In this document: positions 36,947 to 46,822 of the stretch, piece by piece
Layout of the letters: each line of letters starts with the position of its first letter
Numbering within the stretch: position 1 is the first letter of the stretch
Source of the DNA: an uncultured Sulfurospirillum sp.
GTDB lineage: Bacteria > Campylobacterota > Campylobacteria > Campylobacterales > QNZT01
Reading direction: 5' to 3'
NCBI GenBank assembly: GCA_964384355.1
Contig: CAYLLC010000005.1
Location: forward strand, 1-48,828
DNA length: 48,828 nt
Notes under the pieces: generated by a model
What the model saw: only the letters and a program-made list of their open reading frames with translations
What the model was told of the DNA's origin: nothing
The model's database searches: none
Translations under genes and position numbers: made by a program

Positions 36947-37813
36947 TCACGACTGCTCTTTTCGGCTGATGAGCAGCGATCCGACGACGACGGCGATGAT
37001 GCCCGGCAGCGTATGCATCGACGGTATCTGCGAGAGCAGCAGCCACGAAAAGAGCAGCGTAAAAACCGGTATCAGGCTCACCATCGCACTCAGTTTGGTG
37101 ATCGATGTGAAGTGCAGCGCTTCGATCCAGAGCATCTTCGCCAGCGTAAAGACGAGAAAACCGTTCAGCAGGATAAAGGGGAGCGCCTCCCGAAAAGCAT
37201 GCAGCGAAAGCGGCCGCTCAAAGAGCAGTGCCAGTGCCAGCACGATCGGAATCGCCGCGATATCGCGAAAGGCCAGCACCGTCTCGGAGCTGACGAAGTT
37301 TCGCGCGCGCTTCTGGTAGAGATTGGCTACGGGCGCTATCGCCGCCGCCGCCAGAATCATCAGATCCCCCTTGTTGAACCGGAAATCGGCCGGAAAGACG
37401 ACATAGATACCGCCGACCGCCATCATGAAGGCTCCGATCGTCGGCACCACGCCCAGCTTCTCCGAGCCGAAAACATTGAAATAGAGATAGGAAAAGAGGA
37501 GCTGGAGGATGATGATCACCGACATGTTGGCCGCCGTCGTGTAGCGCAGCCCGATGAAGATCAGCACGAACATCCCATTGATCAGGAGTGCCGTCATCAG
37601 CAGATCGAAGCGCGCCTCGGCGGAGATGAGCTCATGCAGCTTGCCGCGGTGGTGCAGATAGGCGACGAAAAAGAGCGTCGCGACGGCGATCGAAAAGGCA
37701 TAGGCGTAGAGCGAGCCGATATAGCGCAGCGTGAAAATCGAGAGAATCGGAAAGAGCCCCTCCAGCATCGCAAAAAGCCAGGCATAGAGGAGTCCGCGTT
37801 TTTCAGTATCCAT
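36947..37813 (-). CDS. EamA/DMT-superfamily transporter
   Basis: About 288 aa from ATG 37813, with ten hydrophobic segments forming two EamA repeats. The longer ORF-track version starts at a TTG. Confidence 0.75.
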   Translation of the reverse strand: MDTEKRGLLYAWLFAMLEGLFPILSIFTLRYIGSLYAYAFSIAVATLFFVAYLHHRGKLHELISAEARFDLLMTALLINGMFVLIFIGLRYTTAANMSVIIILQLLFSYLYFNVFGSEKLGVVPTIGAFMMAVGGIYVVFPADFRFNKGDLMILAAAAIAPVANLYQKRARNFVSSETVLAFRDIAAIPIVLALALLFERPLSLHAFREALPFILLNGFLVFTLAKMLWIEALHFTSITKLSAMVSLIPVFTLLFSWLLLSQIPSMHTLPGIIAVVVGSLLISRKEQS

Positions 37814-37906
37814 AGCGGCACTATAACGGCGCTTACTTAATCTTTGCCTGAAACGGCTAACTTTTGGTTTGTTTCGATACAATCGAAATACTAAGGAAAA
37901 AAATAT

Positions 37907-39073
37907 ATGTCATTTACTACACTGGGGCTTTCGGCTCCGATTCTACGCGCAATCAAAGAGGCGGGCTACACAGAGCCTACACCGATCCAAAAAGAGGCCA
38001 TTCCCGTCGTCTTGCAGGGCAGAGATCTTCTGGCCGGCGCCCAGACCGGCACGGGCAAAACTGCCGGTTTCACCCTCCCGCTGCTGCAGAAGCTGAGCGA
38101 CCGCAAACCCGAAAAGGGCAAAAAGCGCGTCCGCGCACTGATTCTCGCCCCCACCCGCGAACTGGCGGCGCAGGTCGGCGAGAGCGTCCGTCTCTACGGC
38201 AAACACCTCCCCTACAGATCGACCGTCATTTTCGGAGGGGTGGGTATCAATCCGCAGAAGCAGATTCTGCAGAAGGGCGTCGATATCGTCGTCGCCACGC
38301 CGGGCAGACTGCTCGATCTCGTCTCGCAGCGGGCGCTCGACCTCTCGCATGTCGAGACACTCATACTCGACGAAGCGGATCGCATGCTCGATATGGGATT
38401 CATCCACGATATCAAAAAGATTCTGGCGCTGCTGCCCCACAAACGGCAGAACCTCCTCTTCTCGGCCACCTTCTCAGACGAGATCAAAAAGCTCTCCGAC
38501 AGACTCCTCAACGCACCGGCGCTGATCGAGACCGCCCGCAGAAACACCGCTTCGCAGCTGGTGGAGCAGATCGTCTACCCGGTCGATAAAGCCCGCAAAA
38601 AAGATCTCGTCATCCACCTGATCAAAGAGAAGGGATGGAGACAGGTCCTGATCTTCACCCGTACCAAACATGGTGCAAACCGTCTCGCCGAACAGCTCAA
38701 CAAAACGGCGATCACCGCTGCCGCGATCCACGGCAACAAAAGCCAGGGTGCCAGAACCAAAGCGCTCGCAGACTTCAAATCGGGCAAAGTGCGCGTCCTC
38801 GTCGCTACCGATATCGCGGCCAGAGGGATCGATATCGACCAGCTGCCGCATGTCGTCAACTTCGAGCTTCCCGAAGTGGCGGAGGATTATGTGCACCGCA
38901 TCGGGCGTACCGGGCGTGCGGGCGTCAGCGGCGAAGCGGCATCGCTGGTCTGCGTCGACGAAGCGCAACTGCTCAGAAATATCGAAAAGCTGATCAAAAA
39001 ACCGATCCCCAAAAGCGTCGTCGAGGGCTTCGCGCCCGATCCCAAAATCAAAGCGGAGCCGATTCAGAAGTGA
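37907..39073 (+). CDS. DEAD-box ATP-dependent RNA helicase (RhlE-like)
   Basis: 388 aa. Q-motif TPIQ, then [21 protein letters not shown] and [20 protein letters not shown]. Confidence 0.92.
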   Translation: MSFTTLGLSAPILRAIKEAGYTEPTPIQKEAIPVVLQGRDLLAGAQTGTGKTAGFTLPLLQKLSDRKPEKGKKRVRALILAPTRELAAQVGESVRLYGKHLPYRSTVIFGGVGINPQKQILQKGVDIVVATPGRLLDLVSQRALDLSHVETLILDEADRMLDMGFIHDIKKILALLPHKRQNLLFSATFSDEIKKLSDRLLNAPALIETARRNTASQLVEQIVYPVDKARKKDLVIHLIKEKGWRQVLIFTRTKHGANRLAEQLNKTAITAAAIHGNKSQGARTKALADFKSGKVRVLVATDIAARGIDIDQLPHVVNFELPEVAEDYVHRIGRTGRAGVSGEAASLVCVDEAQLLRNIEKLIKKPIPKSVVEGFAPDPKIKAEPIQK

Positions 39074-39211
39074 AGAGGCGGCGGACGCCGCAGCGGCGGC
39101 AGAAGGGCATCGGCACACAGAGGCTGACCGGCCTCTCGGGGCAGCGCCTCTACACATCCTTTACACAAATATGGTGTATAATCGCTTCTATTATGGCGTA
39201 AGGGATATATC

Positions 39212-39874
39212 ATGAAAATTCTCCTGCTCGAAGATGATCCGATTCTCTCCGATCTCATGTACGACCATCTCACCGAAAACGGCTATGAGACGACGCTCTG
39301 CATGGATGGGCAGGAGGCGATCGAAAAGGTCGATACCCACCGCTACGATCTGCTCCTCTTCGATATCAATGTACCGCGCAAAAGCGGTATCGAAGTGCTC
39401 AGGGAGATACGTGCATACAGCAGACAGACGCCGGCGATCCTGATCACCGCCTATCAGGATATCGACCATCTCAAGCGCGGTTTCACGGCCGGCTGCGACG
39501 ACTACATCAGAAAACCCTTCGCCCTCGAAGAGCTCGACGAGCGCATCAACAACATCAAAAAACGCTACCGTATCGACGACGACCGGGCCCTGCCCGTCAC
39601 CCCCGGGATCGGTTTCGATATATCGAAGCGCGAACTCCGCTTCGACGACGGCACGAACGTCACCCTCTCGCAGAAAGAGGCGCAGATTCTGCACTACTTT
39701 CTCAATCACGGCGGTCGCGTCATCTCCCCGGAAGAGTTGATTCAGAACATCTGGGAGTATGAAGAGATGCCCTCCGATGCGACACTGCGCGTCTATATCA
39801 AAAACCTGCGCAAACATATCGGCAAAGAGCGCATCAAAACGATTCGCGGTATCGGATACAGCTTTGAATCCTGA
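39212..39874 (+). CDS. OmpR-family response regulator
   Basis: 220 aa. A receiver domain (DD...D53-like FDINVP...K) followed by a winged-helix output domain (IRGIGYSF). Confidence 0.88.
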   Translation: MKILLLEDDPILSDLMYDHLTENGYETTLCMDGQEAIEKVDTHRYDLLLFDINVPRKSGIEVLREIRAYSRQTPAILITAYQDIDHLKRGFTAGCDDYIRKPFALEELDERINNIKKRYRIDDDRALPVTPGIGFDISKRELRFDDGTNVTLSQKEAQILHYFLNHGGRVISPEELIQNIWEYEEMPSDATLRVYIKNLRKHIGKERIKTIRGIGYSFES

Positions 39875-41036
39875 CGAAAAGAGAGCGCTCGTGCGCTTCA
39901 TCGCACTCTACAGCCTCTCGGCGCTGGTACTGATGGCGATCATCGCCGTGCTCTACTACAACAAAGCGGTCAACGAAGCGAAATCCTCCTGCAAAAGCGA
40001 TCTGAAAAACGCCGTCATGAGTGCAGAGATGGATCTGCGAAAAGCCTGCATGAACAACCGCATCTACCGATTCGACCCCGGGCACTACAAACTGCATGTC
40101 GCCCTCTTCGACCGCAATCGCCGGCCGGTCGCCTCTTCGCTGACCTACGACGATGTCGATCTCGACCAGGCGATGCGTATCCTCCCCGACCATATCCACG
40201 TCGTCAGGAAACTCCCCAAACCGATTCAGGATATCCAGTATATCGTCGCCGAAGATCTGCGCATGCCGCAGCAGCTGCATCGGCTCAAGCTCCTCATCGC
40301 GGCGACGATGATCGTCTCGATGCTCTTCGTGGCGCTGATCGGATATCTGCTCAGCCGCCTGCTGCTGAAACCGGTCAGAGAGCGTATCCGTGAGCTCAAC
40401 CGCTTCATCAAAGATACCACCCATGAGATCAACACCCCCGTCACGGCACTGCTGATGAGCGTCTCGGCACTGAAACGCAAGGGGATCCGGGAGGAGAAGC
40501 TGCTGCGTCACATCTCGATCAGCTCCAAACAGATCGCCAATATCTACAACACCCTCTCCTATGTCAGCTTTTCGGAGCTCAAACACGAAAAGAGCCGACG
40601 CTTCGATCTCAAAAAAGAGATCCGCAAAAGCATCCTCTTCTTCGAGGAGATCGCAGCCGCCAAACAGATCGAAATCAGAAGCGATCTCGAATCGACCTAT
40701 GTGAAGATGGAGAAAGAGAGCGCCGACAAGCTGATCAACAACCTCCTCTCCAACGCGATCAAATACAGCTTTTCGCATACGACGATCACCGTCACGCTCC
40801 GGGACGGCAGACTCTCCGTCGCAGATGAGGGGATCGGTATCAGCGAGCAGGACCAGATGCTGATCCTCCGGCGCTACAAACGCGCCAGCGAACTGGGCGG
40901 GGGATTCGGTATCGGGCTCGATATCGTCAATACGATCTGCAAGAAATACGGGATCACGCTGGAGATCGTCTCAGCCCCCAATCGGGGATCGACCTTCATC
41001 CTCGACTTCAAAAATCTGATCCAGTCGTCAGCGTGA
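39864..41036 (+). CDS. Sensor histidine kinase (2 TM, HisKA + HATPase_c)
   Basis: H-box THEINTPVTAL, N-box LLSNAIKYS and G-box GGFGIGLDIV. The ATG at 39759 lies deep inside the regulator gene. TTG at 39864 or GTG at 39891 is the more likely start. Confidence 0.8.
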   Translation: MNPDEKRALVRFIALYSLSALVLMAIIAVLYYNKAVNEAKSSCKSDLKNAVMSAEMDLRKACMNNRIYRFDPGHYKLHVALFDRNRRPVASSLTYDDVDLDQAMRILPDHIHVVRKLPKPIQDIQYIVAEDLRMPQQLHRLKLLIAATMIVSMLFVALIGYLLSRLLLKPVRERIRELNRFIKDTTHEINTPVTALLMSVSALKRKGIREEKLLRHISISSKQIANIYNTLSYVSFSELKHEKSRRFDLKKEIRKSILFFEEIAAAKQIEIRSDLESTYVKMEKESADKLINNLLSNAIKYSFSHTTITVTLRDGRLSVADEGIGISEQDQMLILRRYKRASELGGGFGIGLDIVNTICKKYGITLEIVSAPNRGSTFILDFKNLIQSSA

Positions 41037-41047
41037 GCCCCTCCGCA

Positions 41048-41569
41048 TCACCCCATGATATCCTCTAAAATCGTCGTGATCTCCGTGCGTTCATGACAGC
41101 GCAGGCGTGTCAGCAGCCCTCTTTTGGGCATCAGCCGGTTGCTGCCGACCAGCCCGATCGCGTTGCAGACCACTTCGCTGGTCTTGGGGAGGGCGTCGCG
41201 CGCTTCGATGCGAAAACGGTAGCTGCCGCCGTAGAGCCGTGAGCTCAGCGGCATGACGATGAGGGAGTGGTAGATGCCCAGCGTCACGGCGCGGTTGAGC
41301 CGGTCGTTTTGCCAGATGAGCACGGGGCGGATCTTGCCTCTGGCCGAGGGGTCGAGATCGGCGAAATAGATCTCCCCTTTGTGAATCTCCACCCCTTCCA
41401 GCCCTTCGGCGGTGCTGTCCTCGGATTCCAGCGCCTCGAGCCACGCCTTTTTCTGCGTGCGCGGCCGCGTGACGAAGATCGCTCTGTTTGCCAGCAGCCA
41501 TGCCCGATACGCCGGATCCTGCTCCCGCGCTACCGCCTCGAGAAAACGCGCTTCCCTGCTCTCTTTCAT
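41048..41569 (-). CDS. MazF/PemK-fold toxin-like protein with a ~60-aa N-terminal extension
   Basis: 173 aa. Residues ~63-173 (KGEIYFADLDPSARGKIRPVLIWQNDRLN...IVMPLSS...SEVVCNAIGLVGSNRL...LTRL...ITTILEDIMG) follow the PemK/MazF pattern (GdI..v.l.P..G.E....RP.lVl..d..N......v.PlTs...S.v...Qir.vd..RL). The ATG sits in an ATGA overlap with the phoR stop. Confidence 0.6.
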   Translation of the reverse strand: MKESREARFLEAVAREQDPAYRAWLLANRAIFVTRPRTQKKAWLEALESEDSTAEGLEGVEIHKGEIYFADLDPSARGKIRPVLIWQNDRLNRAVTLGIYHSLIVMPLSSRLYGGSYRFRIEARDALPKTSEVVCNAIGLVGSNRLMPKRGLLTRLRCHERTEITTILEDIMG

Positions 41570-42954
41570 GCTTTTGCCCGCAGTCCGCCGATATCGAACC
41601 AGAACTTCGACCCTTTACCCGGCGTGCTCTCGATCTCGAGATAGCTGTTGTGGAGCTTGAGGATATATTTGACGATGTAGAGCCCCACGCCGATCGAATT
41701 GTCCCATGTCAGCGCATCGACACGGAAAAAGCGCTTGGTGATGTTTTCGATATCCTCTTTGCCGATGCCGATCCCCTCGTCGATCACCTCCACGCGGTCG
41801 TCGCGGACGCGGATCGTGACCGCCTCATCGGAGTATTTGAGCGCATTCTCCACCAGATTGGTCATCAGATTGTCGATCATCGCGCGGTCGGCTTCGATCG
41901 TGACATCCTCCGCATCGATCGTGATCTCTCTGTTTCGGTACTTCTGCTGCAGGGTATCGCGCACCTCCTCCAGCAGCGGAAGCAGCCGGAATTTCGTAAA
42001 TACGGGGGTGAAGTTCTCGTTTTCCAGCTTGATCGCCAGCGCGAGCCGGTCGATCATGCCGGAGATCTTCGTCGCGTTGGAGAGCACCTTGTCGAGAAAT
42101 TTGATGCGTACTTCACGGCTGAGATTGTCGTCGTCGCGCACCGTCTGGGTATAGCCGATGATCGCGGCGACGGGGTTTTTGAACTCATGGCTGATCGCGG
42201 AGATGATATCGCTCTGCTTTTTGCTCAGCATCTTCAGGTTTTTGGTATATTTGGCCTTCTGTCGCTCGCGCTTCTCCAGCTTCTTCGAGACTTTGGCGAT
42301 CTGTTCGGAGATCGTCTCGAACTCTTTGCAGCAGCGCACTTCGTCGAAGTGGACTTCGTACTTTTTGTTGAGCATGTTGTCCAGGCTCTCTTCGATCAGC
42401 TCCAGATCGCGGGAGATCCTGCGGTTGATCCGCATCGCCAGCCAGAGCGCCAGCGCCATCGCCGCACCGAAGAGCCCGATCGCCTTGAGCCAGAAGCTGA
42501 AGAACTTCTCCCGGATGCTTTTGAGCGCATAGGCCATACGGATAAAGCGCTGCTCCTCTCTTTTGGCGACATAGAGAAAGTTGCGCCCCACGCTGTGGGA
42601 GTAGCGGATACTCTCTCCGATCCCCTCCCGCAAAGCCTGCCGGATCTCCGGACGGTTCAGGTGATTCTCCATCCCCGCCACTTTGCGGTTGCTCTCGTAG
42701 CGCACATGCCCTTCCCTGTCGATGATCGTGATGCGGATACCGGTTTTTTTGTGGATCTGCGCGATCAGCGGCGCGGGATCGGTGACATACCGCTCCGCCG
42801 CGGTATAGCTGTCGATCATCTTCAGCAGCATCGTTTTGTGGTTGTTGATTTCGATGCGCTTCAGCAGGTAGTAGCCGCTGATACCCGTCAGCAGCAGCGT
42901 CGCGAAAAAGAGAATCGAAAAGTTTCGGAAGTAGAGCTGGTCGAGCCTCAGCAT
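41566..42954 (-). CDS. phoR: Phosphate-regulon-type sensor histidine kinase
   Basis: 462 aa with 2 TM helices. H-box SHEFKNPVAAI, N-box LVENALKYS and G-box GVGLYIVK. It lies in the pst-phoU operon. Confidence 0.65.
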   Translation of the reverse strand: MLRLDQLYFRNFSILFFATLLLTGISGYYLLKRIEINNHKTMLLKMIDSYTAAERYVTDPAPLIAQIHKKTGIRITIIDREGHVRYESNRKVAGMENHLNRPEIRQALREGIGESIRYSHSVGRNFLYVAKREEQRFIRMAYALKSIREKFFSFWLKAIGLFGAAMALALWLAMRINRRISRDLELIEESLDNMLNKKYEVHFDEVRCCKEFETISEQIAKVSKKLEKRERQKAKYTKNLKMLSKKQSDIISAISHEFKNPVAAIIGYTQTVRDDDNLSREVRIKFLDKVLSNATKISGMIDRLALAIKLENENFTPVFTKFRLLPLLEEVRDTLQQKYRNREITIDAEDVTIEADRAMIDNLMTNLVENALKYSDEAVTIRVRDDRVEVIDEGIGIGKEDIENITKRFFRVDALTWDNSIGVGLYIVKYILKLHNSYLEIESTPGKGSKFWFDIGGLRAKA

Positions 42955-43622
42955 AGTTTGTAGCCCACGCCTCTGACCGGCTCGATGTAGCCTTTGGATT
43001 TGTCGGGATCGATCTTTTTCAGCAGGCGGTTGATCGTGACATTGACCGTCTTCTCCTGCTTGTGCTCGTCGTCTCCCCAGACACTGGCGAGGAGTTCGTC
43101 ACGGTTGAGGATGGTGTGGCGGTGCCGGACGAAGTAGAGCAGCAGCTCGAACTCCAGGCGGCTCAGCTTCACTTCATCGCCTGCGACGAAGACACGCCGC
43201 TCGTCGATCTCCAGCGTGATGTCGCGATAGAGCAGCTTGCCCTCCCCGCTTCCCATCGTACGCCGCAGGATCGATTTGACCCGAAGCAGCAGTTCATTCA
43301 TGTTGAAGGGTTTGGTCATGTAGTCGTCCCCGCCGCGCAGGAAGCCCTCTTCGACCTCGTCGTCGCGGTTTTTGGCACTGACGAAGATGACGGGAATCTG
43401 ATAGCCGATCCGACGCAGCTCGTCGACGAACTCGCTCCCCTCGATGCCCGGGAGGTTGCGGTCGACGATCATCAGGTCGACCTCCTCCTCAGCCAGAAAC
43501 GCTTCGACCATCTTCGTCGAGAGAAAACCGGTCACTTCATAACCCGCCTTTTCGAGATGATACTCCTCCAGCTCGAGGATATCCTCTTCATCTTCGATGA
43601 TGACGATGTGTGCGTTTTTCAC
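42948..43622 (-). CDS. phoB: Phosphate-regulon-type OmpR-family response regulator
   Basis: 224 aa. The GTG start sits in a GTGA overlap with the phoU stop. Receiver plus winged-helix domains (VRGVGYKL). Confidence 0.65.
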   Translation of the reverse strand: MKNAHIVIIEDEEDILELEEYHLEKAGYEVTGFLSTKMVEAFLAEEEVDLMIVDRNLPGIEGSEFVDELRRIGYQIPVIFVSAKNRDDEVEEGFLRGGDDYMTKPFNMNELLLRVKSILRRTMGSGEGKLLYRDITLEIDERRVFVAGDEVKLSRLEFELLLYFVRHRHTILNRDELLASVWGDDEHKQEKTVNVTINRLLKKIDPDKSKGYIEPVRGVGYKLC

Positions 43623-44284
43623 AGCTTCAGCTTTCCGCCCTTATATGCGAAATAGGCCAGCTTGACGATATTGACACTACGATCGGAGACGCGCTCGAGC
43701 TTTCGGATCGTATTGAGGAAGTCGACCAGATCGCCCGACGCCTCCGGATCGACACAGATCTGCTGCAGGATGTTTTTCTCCATGATCGAGAGGATATCGT
43801 CGCATTTGCTCTCTTCGACATTGACCTTGCGATAGAGATTTTCCAGCGTCTCTTCACTGTCGGCTTCGATCGAGTTCACCGCCGCTTCGAGCGATTTGCG
43901 CGTACTCTCCAGAAAGGAGTTCATATCGTCTCTCAAAGGTGCGGCATCGAACTCGCTGCTGATCTGCATCTTGACCTTTTTGGCGAAGGTGCGCACATAG
44001 TCGGAGATGCGCGTCAGCTCGCTGGCGATCTTCAGATGGGCGATGACGACGCGCAGATCCCGCGCCTCCGGAGAGAAGAGCGCGAGGGTTTTGATGATCT
44101 CGTTGTCGATCTTGCTGTTGCGCTGATGCGCATCTTTGAGCAGTGCGCGTGCTTCGGAGGCTTTCTGCGCATCGCCCTCCTGTGAGGCTTCCACCGCCAG
44201 CTTGTAGGCTTTCAGGACATCCGACGCCAGCTCCAGCACTCTTTGGCGCGACTTCTCCAGTATCTCTTTGTAGTTTGTCAACAT
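43619..44284 (-). CDS. phoU: Phosphate signalling complex protein PhoU
   Basis: 221 aa with two PhoU repeats (..E..IDN../..RISDY.. and ..E...D../..ERVSDR..). Confidence 0.88.
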   Translation of the reverse strand: MLTNYKEILEKSRQRVLELASDVLKAYKLAVEASQEGDAQKASEARALLKDAHQRNSKIDNEIIKTLALFSPEARDLRVVIAHLKIASELTRISDYVRTFAKKVKMQISSEFDAAPLRDDMNSFLESTRKSLEAAVNSIEADSEETLENLYRKVNVEESKCDDILSIMEKNILQQICVDPEASGDLVDFLNTIRKLERVSDRSVNIVKLAYFAYKGGKLKL

Positions 44285-45075
44285 TATCCAAATCTCCCTG
44301 TTACATAATCTTCCGTCAATTTCTCTTTGGGATTCAAAAATATCTTGTCGGTTCTATTATACTCTATCAACTCTCCCAGATACATGAAGGCGGTGTAGTC
44401 GCTCAGACGGCTCGCCTGCTGCATGTTGTGCGTGACGATGACGATCGTCAGATCCTTTTTGAGTTCGCTGACCAGCTCTTCGATCGCACCCGTAGAGATG
44501 GGGTCGAGCGCCGAAGTCGGCTCGTCGAAGAGGAGTATCTCGGGGCGGAGCGCGACGGCTCTGGCGATACAGAGGCGCTGCTGCTGCCCGCCGGAGAGCC
44601 CCATCGCGGAGTCGTTCAGGCGGTCCTTGACCTCGTCCCAGATCGCCGAACCCTGCAGCGCTTTGGTCACCTTCTCTTCGAGCACCTGCTTATCCTTCAC
44701 ACCCGCCAGCTTCAATCCGTAGGCGACATTCTCGAAGATACTCATCGGAAAGGGCGTCGGCTTCTGAAAGATCATCCCCACACGCTGACGCAGATGGATC
44801 AGTTCGTTCTCTTTTCTCAGCTTCAGGATATTTTCGTACTGATCTTTTTCGATATCGAGCAGATTGACCTCTCCTCTGTATTCGTTGCCGGGATAGAGGT
44901 CATGTATACGGTTGAGCGAGCGCAGCAGCGTCGATTTGCCGCATCCGCTGGGCCCGATCATCGCGGTGATCTTGTTCTGGTAGACCGGCAGATTGATCGA
45001 CTTGAGCGACGGTTTGGAAGCCCCCGCATAGCGAAAAGAGAAATCTTTGATATCCATGATGATTTGTTTTGCCAT
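44284..45075 (-). CDS. pstB: Phosphate ABC transporter ATP-binding protein
   Basis: 263 aa. Walker [10 protein letters not shown], signature [14 protein letters not shown] and Walker [13 protein letters not shown]. Confidence 0.93.
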   Translation of the reverse strand: MAKQIIMDIKDFSFRYAGASKPSLKSINLPVYQNKITAMIGPSGCGKSTLLRSLNRIHDLYPGNEYRGEVNLLDIEKDQYENILKLRKENELIHLRQRVGMIFQKPTPFPMSIFENVAYGLKLAGVKDKQVLEEKVTKALQGSAIWDEVKDRLNDSAMGLSGGQQQRLCIARAVALRPEILLFDEPTSALDPISTGAIEELVSELKKDLTIVIVTHNMQQASRLSDYTAFMYLGELIEYNRTDKIFLNPKEKLTEDYVTGRFG

Positions 45076-45081
45076 AAGCGT

Positions 45082-45891
45082 TTATCCTTTGTGTCTGGTG
45101 AGATATCTGCCCAGCAGATTGATGAAGAGCACGATCATCGTCAGTACGAACGACGCCGCCCATGCCAGATCGCGGCTGGGCTGGTCGGGGTAGTTGGCGA
45201 GGTTGTAGATACTGACCGTCAGGGAGGGGAACTGGTCGTTCAGATTCATCGTCATGTAGGCGTTGTTGGCGGAGGTGAAGAGCAGCGGTGCGGTCTCTCC
45301 GATGATCCGCGCGAACGCCAGCAAGATACCGGTCATGATCCCCACCTTGGCCGCTTTGATCACGATCTGGAGGATGATTTTGTGTTTGCTTCCGCCCAGT
45401 GCGATGCCCGCTTCCCGGAGCTCTTTGGGCACGAGCGAGAGCATATTGTCGGTGGTGGAGATGACGATCGGAATCATCATGATCGCCAGCGAGACGCTGC
45501 CCGCCCAGCCGCTGTAGTGGTTGACCGGAGAGACCAGCAGCGCATAGACGAAGACGCCGATCACGATCGAAGGGGCGCTCATCATCACATCACTCAGATT
45601 TCGGATCACCGCGGCGAGGCGGCTCTGGTTGGAGTATTCGCGCAGCCAGATGCCCGCCATCATCCCCAGCGGCACGCCGATCAGCGTCGCGATCGCCCCC
45701 ATCGTGAACTGTCCGATCAGCAGGTTTCGGATACCGCCGTTGACCAGATCATGCACGAAGATCGAAAAGTGCATGCTCGAAAGCCCCCGGATCGTCAGCG
45801 TCGTCAATATCCAGAACAAAAATCCCATCCCAAGCAGTGCCGAGATCGTCGAGAGTATCAGTATCACCTTGTTGAGCAGCAGTCGGTTCAT
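45082..45891 (-). CDS. pstA: Phosphate ABC transporter permease PstA
   Basis: 269 aa with 6 TM helices and the EAA loop (LREAGIALGGSKHKIILQIV). Confidence 0.88.
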   Translation of the reverse strand: MNRLLLNKVILILSTISALLGMGFLFWILTTLTIRGLSSMHFSIFVHDLVNGGIRNLLIGQFTMGAIATLIGVPLGMMAGIWLREYSNQSRLAAVIRNLSDVMMSAPSIVIGVFVYALLVSPVNHYSGWAGSVSLAIMMIPIVISTTDNMLSLVPKELREAGIALGGSKHKIILQIVIKAAKVGIMTGILLAFARIIGETAPLLFTSANNAYMTMNLNDQFPSLTVSIYNLANYPDQPSRDLAWAASFVLTMIVLFINLLGRYLTRHKG

Positions 45892-46742
45892 TTTTGCTTC
45901 CTTCCCAGAAAGTAGAACTTCGCGACCGAGATGATGATGAAACTGATCACGAAGAGAATCAGCGCCAGATAGAACATAGAGCTCAGCTCCAGATCTTCCG
46001 CTTCGGCGAAGTTGTTGGCGAGCAACACCGGAATGGAGGTGGTCGGATCAGTGATCTTTTTGGGCAGCTGCATCACCGAACCGATCAGAAACGCCACCGC
46101 CATCGTCTCGCCGAGCGCACGCCCGAGCGCGAGAATGATCGATCCGATGATACCCGTCTTGGCGTAGGGCATGATCACATCCTTGATCACTTCGAATTTC
46201 GTCGCCCCCATCGCGTAGGCGCTCTCTTTGAGGACATCGGGGGTGGTGTTCATCGCATCTTTGGTGATCGCCGACATGAAGGGGATGATCATGATCGCCA
46301 GCACCAGCCCCGCCGTCAGCAGCCCGATACCGCTGCCGCCGAAGAGGTGCTGCACGATCGGCGCGAAGTAGAAGAGTCCCCACATACCGTAGATGATGCT
46401 CGGAATCGCCGCGAGCAGCTCGATCGAGACGGAGACCGGCTTGATCATGAAGTCGGGCGCCACCTCCGTCAGAAAGATCGCGATCCCCATCGCGATCGGC
46501 GTCGCCACCACCATCGCGATCAGCGTCGACAGCAGTGTGCCGACGATCGGGATCAATCCCCCGAAGACACCGCCCTCGTCATCTTCGCCCACCTCCCACA
46601 TATCGGTCACCAGAAAGTGCCATCCGAACTCCTTGATCGCATCCTGCGCATAGAGATAGAGCACGATGAAGATCCCAAGCAGCAGGAAAAAGGAGAGCGT
46701 CGCCGAAAAGAGGGAGAAGTTTTTGAACAACTTGCCTGTCAT
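45888..46742 (-). CDS. pstC: Phosphate ABC transporter permease PstC
   Basis: 284 aa with the EAA loop (LKESAYAMGATKFEVIKDVIMPYA). ATGA overlap with pstA. Confidence 0.88.
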   Translation of the reverse strand: MTGKLFKNFSLFSATLSFFLLLGIFIVLYLYAQDAIKEFGWHFLVTDMWEVGEDDEGGVFGGLIPIVGTLLSTLIAMVVATPIAMGIAIFLTEVAPDFMIKPVSVSIELLAAIPSIIYGMWGLFYFAPIVQHLFGGSGIGLLTAGLVLAIMIIPFMSAITKDAMNTTPDVLKESAYAMGATKFEVIKDVIMPYAKTGIIGSIILALGRALGETMAVAFLIGSVMQLPKKITDPTTSIPVLLANNFAEAEDLELSSMFYLALILFVISFIIISVAKFYFLGRKQK

Positions 46743-46791
46743 GTTATACCTTGGTCAGAACTGGGTGTGGAAATTTTGCGCTTATTTTATC

Positions 46792-46822
46792 TACAAAAGA
46801 TTACAAAATAGTTACAAAACAC
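46792..46822 (-). promoter_or_regulatory. Three phased TACAAAA direct repeats (candidate Pho box) upstream of pstC
   Basis: TACAAAA occurs at 46792-98, 46802-08 and 46813-19, spaced 10 and 11 bp apart and lying 50-80 bp upstream of the pstC ATG. OmpR/PhoB-family regulators bind direct repeats with about 11-bp phasing. Confidence 0.4.

Noticed and set aside
39151-39182. A sigma-70-type promoter (TATAAT at 39177-39182) upstream of the response regulator.
   Set aside because: The -10 hexamer is perfect, but no -35 element sits at sensible spacing and the TGn extension is out of register. It is plausible but not supportable as a feature without transcription-start data.
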